From positions 64,306 to 128,305 of the forward strand of contig CAITTG010000092.1 of assembly GCA_903895255.1 (NCBI GenBank): DNA of 64,000 nt. The letters run 5' to 3'. The translations under genes were made by a program, and so were the position numbers. The stretch is from an uncultured Verrucomicrobia subdivision 3 bacterium (GTDB lineage Bacteria > Verrucomicrobiota > Verrucomicrobiia > Limisphaerales > UBA11358). Positions 54,148-64,000 of the stretch are shown here, in pieces. The notes under the pieces are model-generated. The model was not told where the DNA came from, did not search any database, and worked only from the letters and a program-made list of their open reading frames with translations. Each line of letters starts with the position of its first letter. The stretch's first letter is position 1.

Positions 54148-55820
54148 GGTGTGAGTTTGAAAACCAGGGCGATATCATTCGGCATTTGTTTGGGCGGTGT
54201 CAGCATGAGCGCGGGCCCGGTTTGAGACCATTTCACCGGTTCAGAACTGCCCAGCAGAGTGATATTGCGGATGGGCTTGTGCAAGAGTCCCGCGGCCGTG
54301 CCCAGTGATTTAATCTGCACATCACTTTGGGGAGCGCCAAGGAGGATGACGTAAAGCACATCCCCTTTGGTCGTAAAGCGCACATCTTCCGCAGTGAATG
54401 GCTTGCCTTTGCCTTCGTTGAAACCTTGCGCGGAGAGCGCGGCCCCCGCCGAGGCCGGACCTTCGCCAAAAACCTCCCAAGGGCGCGTGTCAAAAATACA
54501 TTCCCGGTTCACGTCCATCCACGAGCCGATGCCTTCGAGCACGGCTTTTTCCCTGTCGTCAATCGAGCCGTCGCCGCGCACGGGAATGTTGAGCAGCAGA
54601 TCGCCGTTTTTACTGACGATGTCGCAGAGCATCTGAATGACGGTCTTCGCGCTCTTGTAACGGTTTTTATCGTAGAGCGACCGGTCGTAATGCCAGTTGC
54701 CAATGCAGGTGTCCGTCTCCCACGGTTGGGCCTCGATTTTGTTGGACGCACCCCGCTCGATGTCGCGAACCAAGCATTTCTGCTGGTCCGCGGAAAGCAT
54801 TTTGCCGAATAGGACGGCTTCCAGTTTGCCGTCGTGCTGCCGCATGTTGAAGTTGTAAAAATCGGCGGCGATTTTCAAACCGGCGTCGCTGACCGGCCAC
54901 AACGGCAGGGCGTCGTCGTCGAAGTAAAGCAAGTCGGGTTTGTACTTGTGAACGAGGTCAAGCGTGCGGTTGTAAAATTTATCACAGTAAGCCTGGTCGG
55001 GAAGGCTCGCGCCGTTTTCCCAATTCCACTGGCCGTGAATGGCATTGGCATTGGTGAAATTCAAACTGGGGGTGTGATTTTGCGCGTACAGGTCTTGCGG
55101 ATCGAGGCCGTCCCACCATTTGCCCCGGCCGTCGGCCCGGGTCAATTTGCCGTCATAAGGCACGCCCGCGAACGGCCCGACCCGGTCGGCGCCCTGGGCG
55201 ATCTCATAAAAACTCCATGCATGCGCGGCATGAACGCTCACACCGAAAGGCAGCCCCTGTTCGCGCGCGGCCCGGGCGAAATCGCCAATAATGTCCTGAT
55301 GCGGCCCGACGTTGACGCTGTTCCACGGCTGATATTTGCTGTCGTACATGTCGAAGTTGTCGTGGTGATTGGCCATCGCGAAAAAATATTGCGCGCCAAC
55401 TTTTTTGTAGAGGGCAACGAGCTTATCCGCATCAAACTTTTCCGCCTTCCAGATGTGAATGACATCCTTGAATCCAAACTGCGACGGCGGACCGTAATGG
55501 GCGAGGTGGTATTTATTTTGGCGGCTGCCCTCCACATACATGTTGCGGGCATACCAGTCGCCGGCCTCCGGCACGTTTTGCGGTCCGAAGCACGCCCAGA
55601 TGCCAAACTTGGCATTGCGAAACCAGTCCGGGCATTGGTACTGCCGGAGGGAATCCCATGTCGGCTGAAATTTTCCGGGCGTCACGGGCTCGCTGGCCGT
55701 GCTAACGATGACAGTTGGCACGGAGGTTTCCGGGATGGGCTCAGTGAGAATTTGCGCGCATCCGCAATCCGCAACGGCAAGCCCGACGCCAACAATGAAG
55801 ATGGACGAAAGTTTTTTCAT
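54144..55820 (-). CDS. GH29 alpha-L-fucosidase
   Basis: Signal peptide MKKLSSIFIVGVGLAVA. Motifs seen: FGIWACFGPQNVPEAGDWYARNMY and YFFAMANHHDNFDMYDSKYQPWNSVNVGPHQDIIGDF. Confidence 0.85.
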   Translation of the reverse strand: MKKLSSIFIVGVGLAVADCGCAQILTEPIPETSVPTVIVSTASEPVTPGKFQPTWDSLRQYQCPDWFRNAKFGIWACFGPQNVPEAGDWYARNMYVEGSRQNKYHLAHYGPPSQFGFKDVIHIWKAEKFDADKLVALYKKVGAQYFFAMANHHDNFDMYDSKYQPWNSVNVGPHQDIIGDFARAAREQGLPFGVSVHAAHAWSFYEIAQGADRVGPFAGVPYDGKLTRADGRGKWWDGLDPQDLYAQNHTPSLNFTNANAIHGQWNWENGASLPDQAYCDKFYNRTLDLVHKYKPDLLYFDDDALPLWPVSDAGLKIAADFYNFNMRQHDGKLEAVLFGKMLSADQQKCLVRDIERGASNKIEAQPWETDTCIGNWHYDRSLYDKNRYKSAKTVIQMLCDIVSKNGDLLLNIPVRGDGSIDDREKAVLEGIGSWMDVNRECIFDTRPWEVFGEGPASAGAALSAQGFNEGKGKPFTAEDVRFTTKGDVLYVILLGAPQSDVQIKSLGTAAGLLHKPIRNITLLGSSEPVKWSQTGPALMLTPPKQMPNDIALVFKLTP

Positions 55821-55923
55821 GAAAACAGATTTAACGAATCATAATTTTTTTGGCGGAGTGCCGGCAACCCAATCGCCGACACCCCGCCATACCCCTACCG
55901 GGGACCCAAACCCGGTAAAATGT

Positions 55924-58900
55924 TCACGGATAAATCAACTGGTAAAATTCCGTCGGCAATCCGGGGTTAATCGGCACGCTGACCGAGTTGACCGTGGTTG
56001 AACCAGGCACCGTCATCCAATCATTGGTGTTGGAGCTGATACCGAGCTGGAGGTGGTTGGTCTGCACGAGCAAACGCCAACCCGTGTGATTCGCTGGCCA
56101 GGCAAGGTGGAGTGTGCTGCCGCTGACACTGTAGGTGATATTCGTCGGATTGGTGGCGACGGTTACCGGCAAGACCACCTGCAAACTGCCCGGGCCCGTG
56201 AAGTAAGTTGAGGCAGTGGTGCTGTTGTAAATGCCTGGCACCTGGCTCACGCCATTTAACACCAAGTTGGTCACATTGTTGGTCACGGCAAAGTCCAATT
56301 GCAGCACCGCGCCGCTGGCCACGGAAACCGTGGAATTGGTGGCAATGACCAGCTGCACGATTTCCAGCGTGCCGCCCGCGACCGTGGTGTTGCCCGTGTA
56401 GGTATTCGCACCCGCGAGCGTCAGGGTGCCGGTGTTCTGCTTGGTCAGCCCGCCACTGGTGTTCGCTGCGAGGGTGGCCGTGCCCAGCGTCGCCGCGCTG
56501 CTGTAGCCGCCGCCGAAAAGGGTCACCGTGGGGGCCGAGGTGTAGCCCGTGCCCGGGCTGAGAATGGTGATGTTGGTGACGGCACCACCAGAGATAGCAG
56601 CCACCGCCGTGGCTCCCACGCCGCCACCGCCAGTGATGGTGACAATCGGCGTGTCCAAATAACCCGCGCCACCGGTGGCCACCGGGATGCTGCTAACGCC
56701 ATTGCCCGTCGGGGCAAGCAAGGGCTGCGCGATGGTGATGGCATTGCCGCCATCATCAATTACTGCGCCGCCGCTGTAAATGGTCGCCGCCGTCAAGCCC
56801 TGCAGGAACGTCGTGGTTGCCGCGGCGGCCATCAGAGTGCCGCCATTGAAATTCAACCGGGAGGTGCTGGTCCCGGCCGTGCCCACATAGTTGGCGGTAA
56901 CCGTGCCGCCCAGGAGGTTGACCGAGCCAGCCGTGGTATAGCCGGCGATACCAAACTGCAGCGGGCCACCGGTCAAATTGACCGCCGCCGAACCGGACAC
57001 ATTCAATATGCCGGTGCCGCGATCACCCACGTGGATCCCCAAGTTGTCGTTCAAGGTGCCGCCGCTCACATTCGCCACCCCGATGGCCCCGGCGATATTC
57101 GCGAGGGAGAACTCTTGGGCACTGTCACTGAGGGTGCCGCCGCTCATGTTGAAAACCCCCTCGGAAGCACTGTTGCCATAGGCGCCGCCCACGACAAAAT
57201 AGGCATCCCCCGGAGTCACGTCCCCAATGGTGACGTTGCCCCCGCTCAAGTCAAACGCACCGTATGCTCCACTGGCCTGGGCAATATGAAACTCGCCCGC
57301 GCCGCATTCCAGATTGCCGGAACTCATGAATAAGAAGCCATTGGCCCCGGAAACATTGCCGATGGCCACGGCCGGATTGTTGGCGTAGTTGGCACTCACC
57401 GAGCCGCCGTTGATGTTTAAAATCGCATTACCGGCGGCATTGCCCACTATTACCTGGCTGGTGGAGGTGCTGATCGCGCCCGTGCCATTCACCACCACCG
57501 TGCCACCGTTCACCGTCGTGGCGCCCGTATAAGAGTTGGCACCGCCGAGTGTCAGCGTGCCACTACCGGCCTTGGTCAGGCCGCCGTTGTCGGAGACCGC
57601 GCCGTTCAGCGTGGTATTATGGCCGCCATCCGTCACCGTCAGCAAATTGCCGCCATTGTCCAGATTCTGGCCCAGGATCAAGTCTCCGTTCGCGGCATTC
57701 AAGCTTTGGGGCCCCGCAGCCAGCGTAACTGGCACGTTAAGGTTTTCCACATTAGCGGAATCGTTGGTGACGCCGCCGGCTGTGATGGTCAGGGTGTCGC
57801 CCGGTGTGCCGATGTTAAAGCTGCCGGCGCCGCTGGCGAAGGTCACGCTGGTGACGCTGTAATTATTGTCCATGGACGGCGTCAACCCGGTGGTGCCGGC
57901 AAAAACAAGGGTGTCGCCCGTCAACCCGGGTGCCAAGGTGCTCAGCCAATCGGCATTGTCACTCCAATTGCCAGCGCCGAGGCCGTTCCAAATTTCCGTG
58001 GTCGCAATCACGTTCAACGTCGCGCCCCCGGAGGCGCTCAGGGAATTGGCATCCGTGGCAGTGACCGCCAGTAACTGCCCGCCTGGACCGGTGCTGGTGG
58101 GGACCACAAACGTGTTGGTGTAAACATTGCCATTCGACAGCACCAGGCTCGTTGCGGCCGGTCCGCCGAAGGCGCTCAAATTAACCGTCACTCCGGCATT
58201 GGGGTCAATGGCTCCACTGCCGGGCGTCACGGTCGCCGATATTTTCACGCTTTGCCCGCGAACCGCCGTGGCAGGGTTGAGGGCTACGGTGGCCACCAAA
58301 GGTCCGGCGAGCGGGGCGTAATGCAGCACGAGATTATTGCCGATCAACTGCAGCGAATAATTAGCCGCGTTGGCCGGTTTGGTGCCGTCCCAAATCAGCG
58401 CCGGCAGGCTCGCAATATTCGGGCTGGTAAGATTGGTCACGAGCACATAATCCGCCGTGGTGTCCAGCGGGCTGGCGCCATCCAAAGAATGCACATGGAA
58501 CACCCCGCCATTGACCGTCAGGGTGCCGCCATTCACGCCGACCGCGATCTGATCGTTGGCACCACTGGCACTGTTGGTGACATCAAAATAGAGAGTGCCA
58601 CCGCCACTCAAATCCAGATCGTTGTTGAAGGTCAAAATGCCCGTCGTGCCGATCGTACCGGGATAAATGCTCACGCCGGGTGACGTGGCAAAGGAGCCGT
58701 TATTGGTCCCGCTGCCGGACAAGGACTGACCGGCGGACAACGTCAGTGTCCCCAGGGGAGAAACATCCAGCGTGGCACCATTGGCCACCACATAGCCGGC
58801 GGTGGCCGTGGGGGCGGTCTGCAATGACAGCGTCCCGGCCGCCACTGTTGTCAGGTTGGTATAAGTATCAGTGCCGGTCAGCGTCAGCGTGCCTTCGCCC

Positions 58901-61900
58901 TGCTTGGTCAATCCACCGCTAACGTCAACCGCCAGCGTGGCGGTGCCCAGCGTGGCCGCGATGGTGTAACCACCGCCAAACAGCGTCACCGTCGGGGCTG
59001 CGGTATAACCCGTGCCCGGACTGAGGATGGTAATGCCGGTGACCGCGCCGCCGGCGACATTCGCCACGGCGGAAGCGCCCACCCCACCGCCGCCAGTGAT
59101 GCTGACCACCGGCGTGTCGATATAGCCCGCCCCGCCGGTTGCCACCGGAATGGTGCTGACACCATTGCCGACCGGGGCCAGCAAGGGTTGGGCAATGGTG
59201 ATGGCATTACCGCCGTCATTAATGGTCGCGCCGCCGCTGTAAACGGTCGCCGCCGTCAAACCCTGCAAGAACGTCGCGCTCGGCGCGCCAGCCGCCAGCG
59301 TGCCGCCGTTAAAATTCAATCGCGAGGTCGCGGTTCCGGCCGGCGCAACATTATTCGCCGTGACCGTGCCGCCCAACAGATTGGCAGTGCCCGTGGTGGT
59401 GTTGCCGCTGAGACCAAATTGCAGCGTGCCACCGGTCAGATTCACCGCCGCCGAACCAGAAACATTCAACGTCGCCGTGCCCCGGTCGCCCACGTGGAGG
59501 CCCTTGCTGTCGTTGAGCGTGCCGCCACTTATATTCGCCACGCCGGTCCCGCCGGCCGTGTTGGCAATCGAAAATTCCTGGGCATTGTCGTTGATGGTTC
59601 CCCCCGTCATGTTCAAAACGCCTTCGCCACCGGCCCCGACGACAAAATAGGCATCCGTGGCATTGACGTCGCCCACGGTGATGGTGCCATTGCTGAAGTC
59701 AAACGCGCCATAAGCCCCCGCCGCCTGGCCAATGTGAAATTCACCCGCGCTGCAATCCAAACTGCCGCCCGTCAGGGACAAAAACCCGTCCGCGCCCGTC
59801 ACATTGCCCAGCGCCCCGGCGGGATTGAAGTTGGCGTTGATGTTCACCGCGCCGCCCGCGAGGTTCAAGAAAGCGTTGCCCGTCGTGCCGCCCACGATGA
59901 GGCCGCTCGTGGTGGCACCGCTGCCCGTGATAATTCCACCAGTGGCATTCACCGTCAGGCTGCTGTTGATGGTCACGGTGGCCGTGCTGGCCGCTCCGTT
60001 GCTAATCAAACCGCTCACCACCACCGCACCGCCGCTCACCAGCGTGTTGCCGGCATACGAGTTCGTGCCCGCGAGCGTGAGGGTGCCGGTGCCGGTCTTG
60101 GTCAATCCGCCGCCGCCAGTAATGGGTCCGGCGACCGTGGTGCTGAAGCCGCCGTCGGCGACGGTCAGCAAATTACCGCTGTTGCTGACGCCTTGTCCCA
60201 GCGTGAGGCTGCCCGCCGAGGCGGCGAGCGATTGCGCCGTGTTGGTCAAAACCAACGGCACATTCAAGGTCTGCGGACTGGCGGAGTTGTTCACCACTCC
60301 GCTGGCCGTCACGGTCAAGGTCCCGCCCGTGGAGCCGATATTAAAACTCCCGGCACCATTAGTGAAGGTCAACCCCGTGATGCTGTAACTATTGTTCATG
60401 GTCGAGATCAGCCCGGTGGTTCCGGCAAAGACCAGGGTGTCGCCAGCCAAACCGGGCGCAAATGTGCTGACCCAGTCGGCATTGTCGCTCCAGTTACCCC
60501 CGCCCAAGCCGTTCCATGTCTCGGTGGTCGTATTCACCGTCAGGGCAATTGTGGCGGAGGCATTGTTGCCGGCGGTGTCAGTGGAAGTCGCCACCACGTT
60601 CGTGGTTTCCGCAATACTAGTCGCGGGAATGATGATCGTGTTGGTATAAACATTCGGGGTGGCGGAAAGATACAAGTTCACCGCGGAAGCACCACCTATG
60701 GCACTCAAATTGACCGTCACGGCGCTGATCGTGCCAACGTTCGCCGTGGTTGTCACACTAATCAAGGTGGGCTGGTTGCGAACCACCGTGGCGGGCGCGG
60801 CGGTGGCCGCCGAAATGGTCGGCGGGGTGGTGCCGGCATAATGCAGCCGCACCTGGTTGCCGCTTTGGATTACTTGGAAGTTGGCGGCACCCGTGGGCGT
60901 CGTGGCCAGCCAAACCGGAGTGGCATTAAAAGTGCCCGTGATACTGGCCGAGCCGCCCGTCAAATTGAACAGGACATAGTCATGGACCAAATCCAGAGTG
61001 GTGCCGCAAATGATGCCGACACTCACCCCGCCGCTGCTGAGCGTGCTGCTGGTGCCACTCAAAACCACTTGGTCGTTGCCGCCACCCGCAGCCGTGGTGC
61101 CCAGATTAAAGTTCGCCTGCGCACCGCTGGCGTAGGTCAGGTTGCCACCAATCGTGTTGGTCGCGCCCGCGCCCGAACTGGGCTGCGTTTTCCCACCGTT
61201 GTTCACGAATACATTGCCGGCGATCGTTCCGCTACCTCCCAAAATCCCGTTCACCACCGTGCCGCCCGTGTGCGTGCTGCCGCCATTCAAATACAAGCCG
61301 CCACCGGTCCCGGAATTGGCCACGGTCAACAGACCGCCACCGTTGTTACCAATGGCGTTGGCATAGGCCACCACGTGACCGTTGACATCAATGGTGCCGT
61401 TGCCGGTCAGCGCAACCGGCTGGCCGCTAATATCCAGCGCCGTCCCGGCGGCGCCAGTGGCCAGCGTCGCGGTGTATTGCAATATGCCGCCGTTGAAAAT
61501 CGTCGGTCCTTGATTCGCGCCACCCAGGCCATATTGCGAGTTGATCGCCAGCGTGGCCCCGCCCGTGATCAGCGTCCCGCCATATTGAAAGTTGCCCGCC
61601 GTGCCGCTGGGGAACGTCAGCGCCACCGTGCCCGTGGCATAGACGGGCGTGGGGTTCGCCGTGCCATTGCCCGTGCCCGGCAGCAACGCCGCCACGTACC
61701 CGTTCGCCGCCAAAGCCGGAATACCGATGACCAGCGGGCCGGTGTTCGCCCCGCTCCCAATTTGACCGTCAACCGTCAAGGTATAGCCCGTCTCCGCCGC
61801 CAAGCCACCACCGTTGCCCAGCAAGGTGACCGGACGCACATTGGCGCCGGCATTGTCCAAGGCGACATTATTACTCGCGACCAGCGTGCCACCATTCAAG

Positions 61901-63486
61901 TAAAGCGGCAGCGCCGACGCTGCGCGGCCGATTTGCGTATTGTTGTTGATCACCGTGCAACCACCATTAAGATAAGGTGCCCCGTAGTTGCCGCTGTTGG
62001 CTCCCGAACCGATAAGCACCACCGTGCCAGCCCCCCCCTTGACATAACAGGTGGCCCGCGTCGTCGCACTGTAATAAGTGAATGGGGTGTTGATTAACAA
62101 TTCGCCCGCCGTGTTGTTCTGATAGATATCAATTGGCGAGTTGCCTGCCGAGGTGTAAGCGCCAGCGATCCACGCCCCACCATTGGCCAAGGTGGTGTTG
62201 TAGGGCCCGACGTTGGGCGTCACGAGTATGCCACCGATAAGAAACACGTATCCACTGCCGCCCGCTCCCGTGGTGGCGGTGTAGGCCCCGGGCACATTAA
62301 AGCGAATGTCGTCAACATAGGCCGGCTTCGAATTGTTAAACGTGGCATTGCCCAGCAAATCATAATTGAGGTCGGCATTAGCCGCCGTTCCCCCACTGGC
62401 CACGGTGGTATAAAACCCGCTGACCTGGTCGCCCGCCATGATGCTCTGCGGACCGGTGCCGGCGGTGACGACTGAGGCCCAGTTGTAAAGACCAACCGTG
62501 GCGATGGCCTGTCGGGTGGTCGGCCAGAGGAGTTTGTTTTGGTTGCCCAGGGTTGTGGTGGTGACCGTTCCCGTCGCCACCAAATTAGTGACCGTTCCGC
62601 CCGAATAATTCGTGTCGTAGGCGGGCCCCACAAACATCGTCTGCGAACCCGCTGTTTGCGTAAAAGCCCCCAGATTAAGGGTCGGGAGTGGATCGGACAG
62701 GTTGCCGCCATTCGGCCCAACTGAGATCACATCGGAACCCGGATTGACGGTCGCCCCGTTCACCGTCTGGCTGCTGGCATTTGCCGCGTTGCCAATTACT
62801 TGGAAGGTGCCACCACCCAAATTCAAGGCGGAGGAAGCGCTAATCAAATTGGCCGCCGCACCCAGGTTCGAAAAATCCAATAGCAGCGTGCCGGCATTCA
62901 CCGTCGTCGCGCCCGCATAAGTATTGGCCGCCGAACCGTTAAGATCCAGCGTGCCAAAACCAGTCGCCGTCAGGCCAAAGGTGGCGCCGGAAACCAGCCC
63001 ACCAAGGGTCAGGACACCGCCGGTGGCCACCCCGACATTGGCGGTGGCGGACAAGGCCAGCGGGAAATTCAGCGTCTCCGGATTCAACGAATTATCCACA
63101 ATGCCGCCGCTCAGCCCGATGGAACTGCCGGTGACGGTGTAAGCGACGGCGGTAGAATTAAACGTCAAACCCGCGATCGAAGCCGCCGCGGCGTTGTTGT
63201 TCAGCGCCGTCCCGGAACTGCCGGCCGGCCCGAAGAACAGCGAGTCCCCCGTGATGGGGGGATTGTTGGCCCCCGACCAGTTGGCATCACCCCAGTTCGC
63301 ACTGGTGTTGCCCACCCAGGTGTCGTTGCCGGTGGCGGCTTTCGTGTTTAACACGCCCGCCAATAAAAGCAGGCTGGTGATTTGAGTCAGATGAGTATTT
63401 TTCACGGTTGATTTGGGTTTGGCAGGAAGCGGAATATTAGCAGGCAAAACGAGGCCCAACAGCAGTCTGAACCGGCGAAAAATCAC
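55924..63486 (-). CDS. Giant (about 2,500 aa) secreted PATR-repeat beta-helix surface protein with an internal ~840-aa tandem duplication and a C-terminal FYR-tail domain
   Basis: No ATG lies near the 5' end. Candidate GTG starts are 63486 (MIFRRFRLLLGLVLPA..) and 63405 ((V)KNTHLTQITSLLLLAGVLNTKAA, a good signal peptide). The N-terminal ~700 aa are paralogous to the 42693..52184 protein. C-terminus: ...LAWPANHTGWRLLVQTNHLQLGISSNTNDWMTVPG...TEFYQLIYP. Confidence 0.8.
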   Translation of the reverse strand: MIFRRFRLLLGLVLPANIPLPAKPKSTVKNTHLTQITSLLLLAGVLNTKAATGNDTWVGNTSANWGDANWSGANNPPITGDSLFFGPAGSSGTALNNNAAAASIAGLTFNSTAVAYTVTGSSIGLSGGIVDNSLNPETLNFPLALSATANVGVATGGVLTLGGLVSGATFGLTATGFGTLDLNGSAANTYAGATTVNAGTLLLDFSNLGAAANLISASSALNLGGGTFQVIGNAANASSQTVNGATVNPGSDVISVGPNGGNLSDPLPTLNLGAFTQTAGSQTMFVGPAYDTNYSGGTVTNLVATGTVTTTTLGNQNKLLWPTTRQAIATVGLYNWASVVTAGTGPQSIMAGDQVSGFYTTVASGGTAANADLNYDLLGNATFNNSKPAYVDDIRFNVPGAYTATTGAGGSGYVFLIGGILVTPNVGPYNTTLANGGAWIAGAYTSAGNSPIDIYQNNTAGELLINTPFTYYSATTRATCYVKGGAGTVVLIGSGANSGNYGAPYLNGGCTVINNNTQIGRAASALPLYLNGGTLVASNNVALDNAGANVRPVTLLGNGGGLAAETGYTLTVDGQIGSGANTGPLVIGIPALAANGYVAALLPGTGNGTANPTPVYATGTVALTFPSGTAGNFQYGGTLITGGATLAINSQYGLGGANQGPTIFNGGILQYTATLATGAAGTALDISGQPVALTGNGTIDVNGHVVAYANAIGNNGGGLLTVANSGTGGGLYLNGGSTHTGGTVVNGILGGSGTIAGNVFVNNGGKTQPSSGAGATNTIGGNLTYASGAQANFNLGTTAAGGGNDQVVLSGTSSTLSSGGVSVGIICGTTLDLVHDYVLFNLTGGSASITGTFNATPVWLATTPTGAANFQVIQSGNQVRLHYAGTTPPTISAATAAPATVVRNQPTLISVTTTANVGTISAVTVNLSAIGGASAVNLYLSATPNVYTNTIIIPATSIAETTNVVATSTDTAGNNASATIALTVNTTTETWNGLGGGNWSDNADWVSTFAPGLAGDTLVFAGTTGLISTMNNSYSITGLTFTNGAGSFNIGSTGGTLTVTASGVVNNSASPQTLNVPLVLTNTAQSLAASAGSLTLGQGVSNSGNLLTVADGGFSTTVAGPITGGGGLTKTGTGTLTLAGTNSYAGNTLVSGGAVVVSGLISNGAASTATVTINSSLTVNATGGIITGSGATTSGLIVGGTTGNAFLNLAGGAVNINANFNPAGALGNVTGADGFLSLTGGSLDCSAGEFHIGQAAGAYGAFDFSNGTITVGDVNATDAYFVVGAGGEGVLNMTGGTINDNAQEFSIANTAGGTGVANISGGTLNDSKGLHVGDRGTATLNVSGSAAVNLTGGTLQFGLSGNTTTGTANLLGGTVTANNVAPAGTATSRLNFNGGTLAAGAPSATFLQGLTAATVYSGGATINDGGNAITIAQPLLAPVGNGVSTIPVATGGAGYIDTPVVSITGGGGVGASAVANVAGGAVTGITILSPGTGYTAAPTVTLFGGGYTIAATLGTATLAVDVSGGLTKQGEGTLTLTGTDTYTNLTTVAAGTLSLQTAPTATAGYVVANGATLDVSPLGTLTLSAGQSLSGSGTNNGSFATSPGVSIYPGTIGTTGILTFNNDLDLSGGGTLYFDVTNSASGANDQIAVGVNGGTLTVNGGVFHVHSLDGASPLDTTADYVLVTNLTSPNIASLPALIWDGTKPANAANYSLQLIGNNLVLHYAPLAGPLVATVALNPATAVRGQSVKISATVTPGSGAIDPNAGVTVNLSAFGGPAATSLVLSNGNVYTNTFVVPTSTGPGGQLLAVTATDANSLSASGGATLNVIATTEIWNGLGAGNWSDNADWLSTLAPGLTGDTLVFAGTTGLTPSMDNNYSVTSVTFASGAGSFNIGTPGDTLTITAGGVTNDSANVENLNVPVTLAAGPQSLNAANGDLILGQNLDNGGNLLTVTDGGHNTTLNGAVSDNGGLTKAGSGTLTLGGANSYTGATTVNGGTVVVNGTGAISTSTSQVIVGNAAGNAILNINGGSVSANYANNPAVAIGNVSGANGFLFMSSGNLECGAGEFHIAQASGAYGAFDLSGGNVTIGDVTPGDAYFVVGGAYGNSASEGVFNMSGGTLSDSAQEFSLANIAGAIGVANVSGGTLNDNLGIHVGDRGTGILNVSGSAAVNLTGGPLQFGIAGYTTAGSVNLLGGTVTANYVGTAGTSTSRLNFNGGTLMAAAATTTFLQGLTAATIYSGGAVIDDGGNAITIAQPLLAPTGNGVSSIPVATGGAGYLDTPIVTITGGGGVGATAVAAISGGAVTNITILSPGTGYTSAPTVTLFGGGYSSAATLGTATLAANTSGGLTKQNTGTLTLAGANTYTGNTTVAGGTLEIVQLVIATNSTVSVASGAVLQLDFAVTNNVTNLVLNGVSQVPGIYNSTTASTYFTGPGSLQVVLPVTVATNPTNITYSVSGSTLHLAWPANHTGWRLLVQTNHLQLGISSNTNDWMTVPGSTTVNSVSVPINPGLPTEFYQLIYP
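56227..61269 (-). repeat. Intragenic tandem duplication, two units of ~2.5 kb (aa ~740-1580 and ~1581-2420)
   Basis: Anchor pairs: LHYAGTTPP(881)/LHYAPLAGP(1721), TETWNGLGGGNWSDNADW(988)/TEIWNGLGAGNWSDNADW(1830), and GGGVGASAVANVAGGAVTGITILSPGTGYTAAPTVTLFGGGYT(1465)/GGGVGATAVAAISGGAVTNITILSPGTGYTSAPTVTLFGGGYS(2286). The nucleotide copies are diverged (clearly related, not identical). Confidence 0.8.
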
Positions 63487-63677
63487 CAGCCATCAGCTTT
63501 GTGGCGTTAGAGCTTGGAACGAACATATTTGGGCTTCACCAATACACGCGGAAACGGAGGGCCAAAAGGTGCCAAAAAATTTAAAAATATTTTCAACCTC
63601 GCTTTGGTGGTGAAACCAGGGCAAAAAAGCCTCCGGCCGAAAACGTTCCAGGACCTTGCCCCTTTGCTGGCAATGTC

Positions 63678-64000
63678 CTAATCAGCTCCCAATGTCGCGG
63701 CATCACAATCGACGCTTGCCCCGGCTTCCTGCACGACCTGGCGGGCATAAACCCAGTCAAACCAAAAGCCATAGCCCGGCCGGCCCCGATCCAGGCCGCT
63801 TTTGAATTTCGCGTCAACCAACTGCCGGGCTTGCGCCAGTGCGGCACAGGCTTCGCTGGTTTGGCCCTCATGGTAATACGCCATCGCCAAGGTGGCATCG
63901 ACCACGGCATCGCAAGGCGGGAAGCGTTGCCCCTGCGCCTGGGCGCGCTGGCACCATTGGATGGCCGCCTGGTCATTACCGCACCGATACTGCCAGAGGC
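63678..64000 (-). CDS. C-terminal part of a helical-repeat (TPR-like) protein; the 5' end lies outside the window
   Basis: The frame is open from the window edge: LWQYRCGNDQAAIQWCQRAQAQGQRFPPCDAVVDATLAMAYYHEGQTSEACAALAQARQLVDAKF...TLGAD*. The ORF track shows only the part after an internal GTG (63678..63905). Confidence 0.5.
   Translation of the reverse strand, partial: LWQYRCGNDQAAIQWCQRAQAQGQRFPPCDAVVDATLAMAYYHEGQTSEACAALAQARQLVDAKFKSGLDRGRPGYGFWFDWVYARQVVQEAGASVDCDAATLGAD

Noticed and set aside
55821-55923. GC stem (GGCGG...CCGCC) next to a homopolymer run, between the PATR giant stop and the GH29 start
   Set aside because: On the transcribed minus strand the stem is followed by an A-run rather than a U-run, so it does not look like an intrinsic terminator for the giant gene. 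It was not called.
59188-62097. 969-aa plus-strand ORF, with a similar one at 56299..57333
   Set aside because: Antisense to the 55924..63486 PATR giant. It shows the same Arg/Gly/Ala-rich junk composition and no domain signatures.
55924-63486. The highly repetitive nucleotide structure raised the question of a CRISPR array or an IS/REP array
   Set aside because: The repeats are coding: PATR units and a 2.5-kb intragenic duplication inside one open frame. They are imperfect and lack the short identical repeat and unique spacer periodicity. No cas genes, transposase or integrase are present in the window.
63593-63976. 127-aa minus-strand ORF (MTRRPSNGASAPRRRG...)
   Set aside because: The sequence is Arg/Trp/Pro-rich junk. 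The overlapping frame that is open to the window edge (63678..64000) reads as a helical TPR-like protein and is preferred.

Overview
GC-rich 64-kb window that reads like a glycan-foraging and surface-protein island of a Verrucomicrobiota/Planctomycetota-type bacterium. The taxon is an inference from PATR-repeat giant proteins, DUF1559 pseudopilin-like proteins, a PEP-CTERM tail and AT-rich leaders without Shine-Dalgarno sequences.

From about 7.9 kb to the right edge, almost everything sits in one co-directional minus-strand array, often with 7-12 nt gaps or ATGA overlaps. The array holds three groups of genes:
- CAZymes for rhamnose-, fucose- and pectin-type glycans: GH95, two GH78, GH29, GH43, an embedded PL1 module and a PL22-like gene.
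- A fructan module: MFS sugar porter, PfkB fructokinase, GH32, and a 2,624-aa multidomain GH32 giant.
- A NarL-type two-component system.

Six large secreted proteins take up about 35 kb, more than half the window. All six end in the same unannotated ~65-aa C-terminal domain (...FYR[LMV]xxP-stop).

Only two plus-strand genes are credible. One is a GntR-HTH/LacI-PBP hybrid regulator. The other is a 1,455-codon ORF that fuses a catalytically intact DinB-like Y-family polymerase to a DnaE2/ImuC-type polymerase, and it is the most unusual single gene here.

Other points worth follow-up:
- A histidine kinase whose periplasmic sensor is homologous to the CBM-like insert of the two GH78 rhamnosidases.
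- A conserved hairpin-containing intergenic motif that brackets the two-component genes.
- A diheme CxxCH module inside the GH32 giant.
- An in-frame TAG in the PL22-like gene.
- Large intragenic tandem duplications.

I recognised no rRNA, tRNA, CRISPR array, transposase or integrase. All functional calls rest on motif recognition by eye, and no searches were run.
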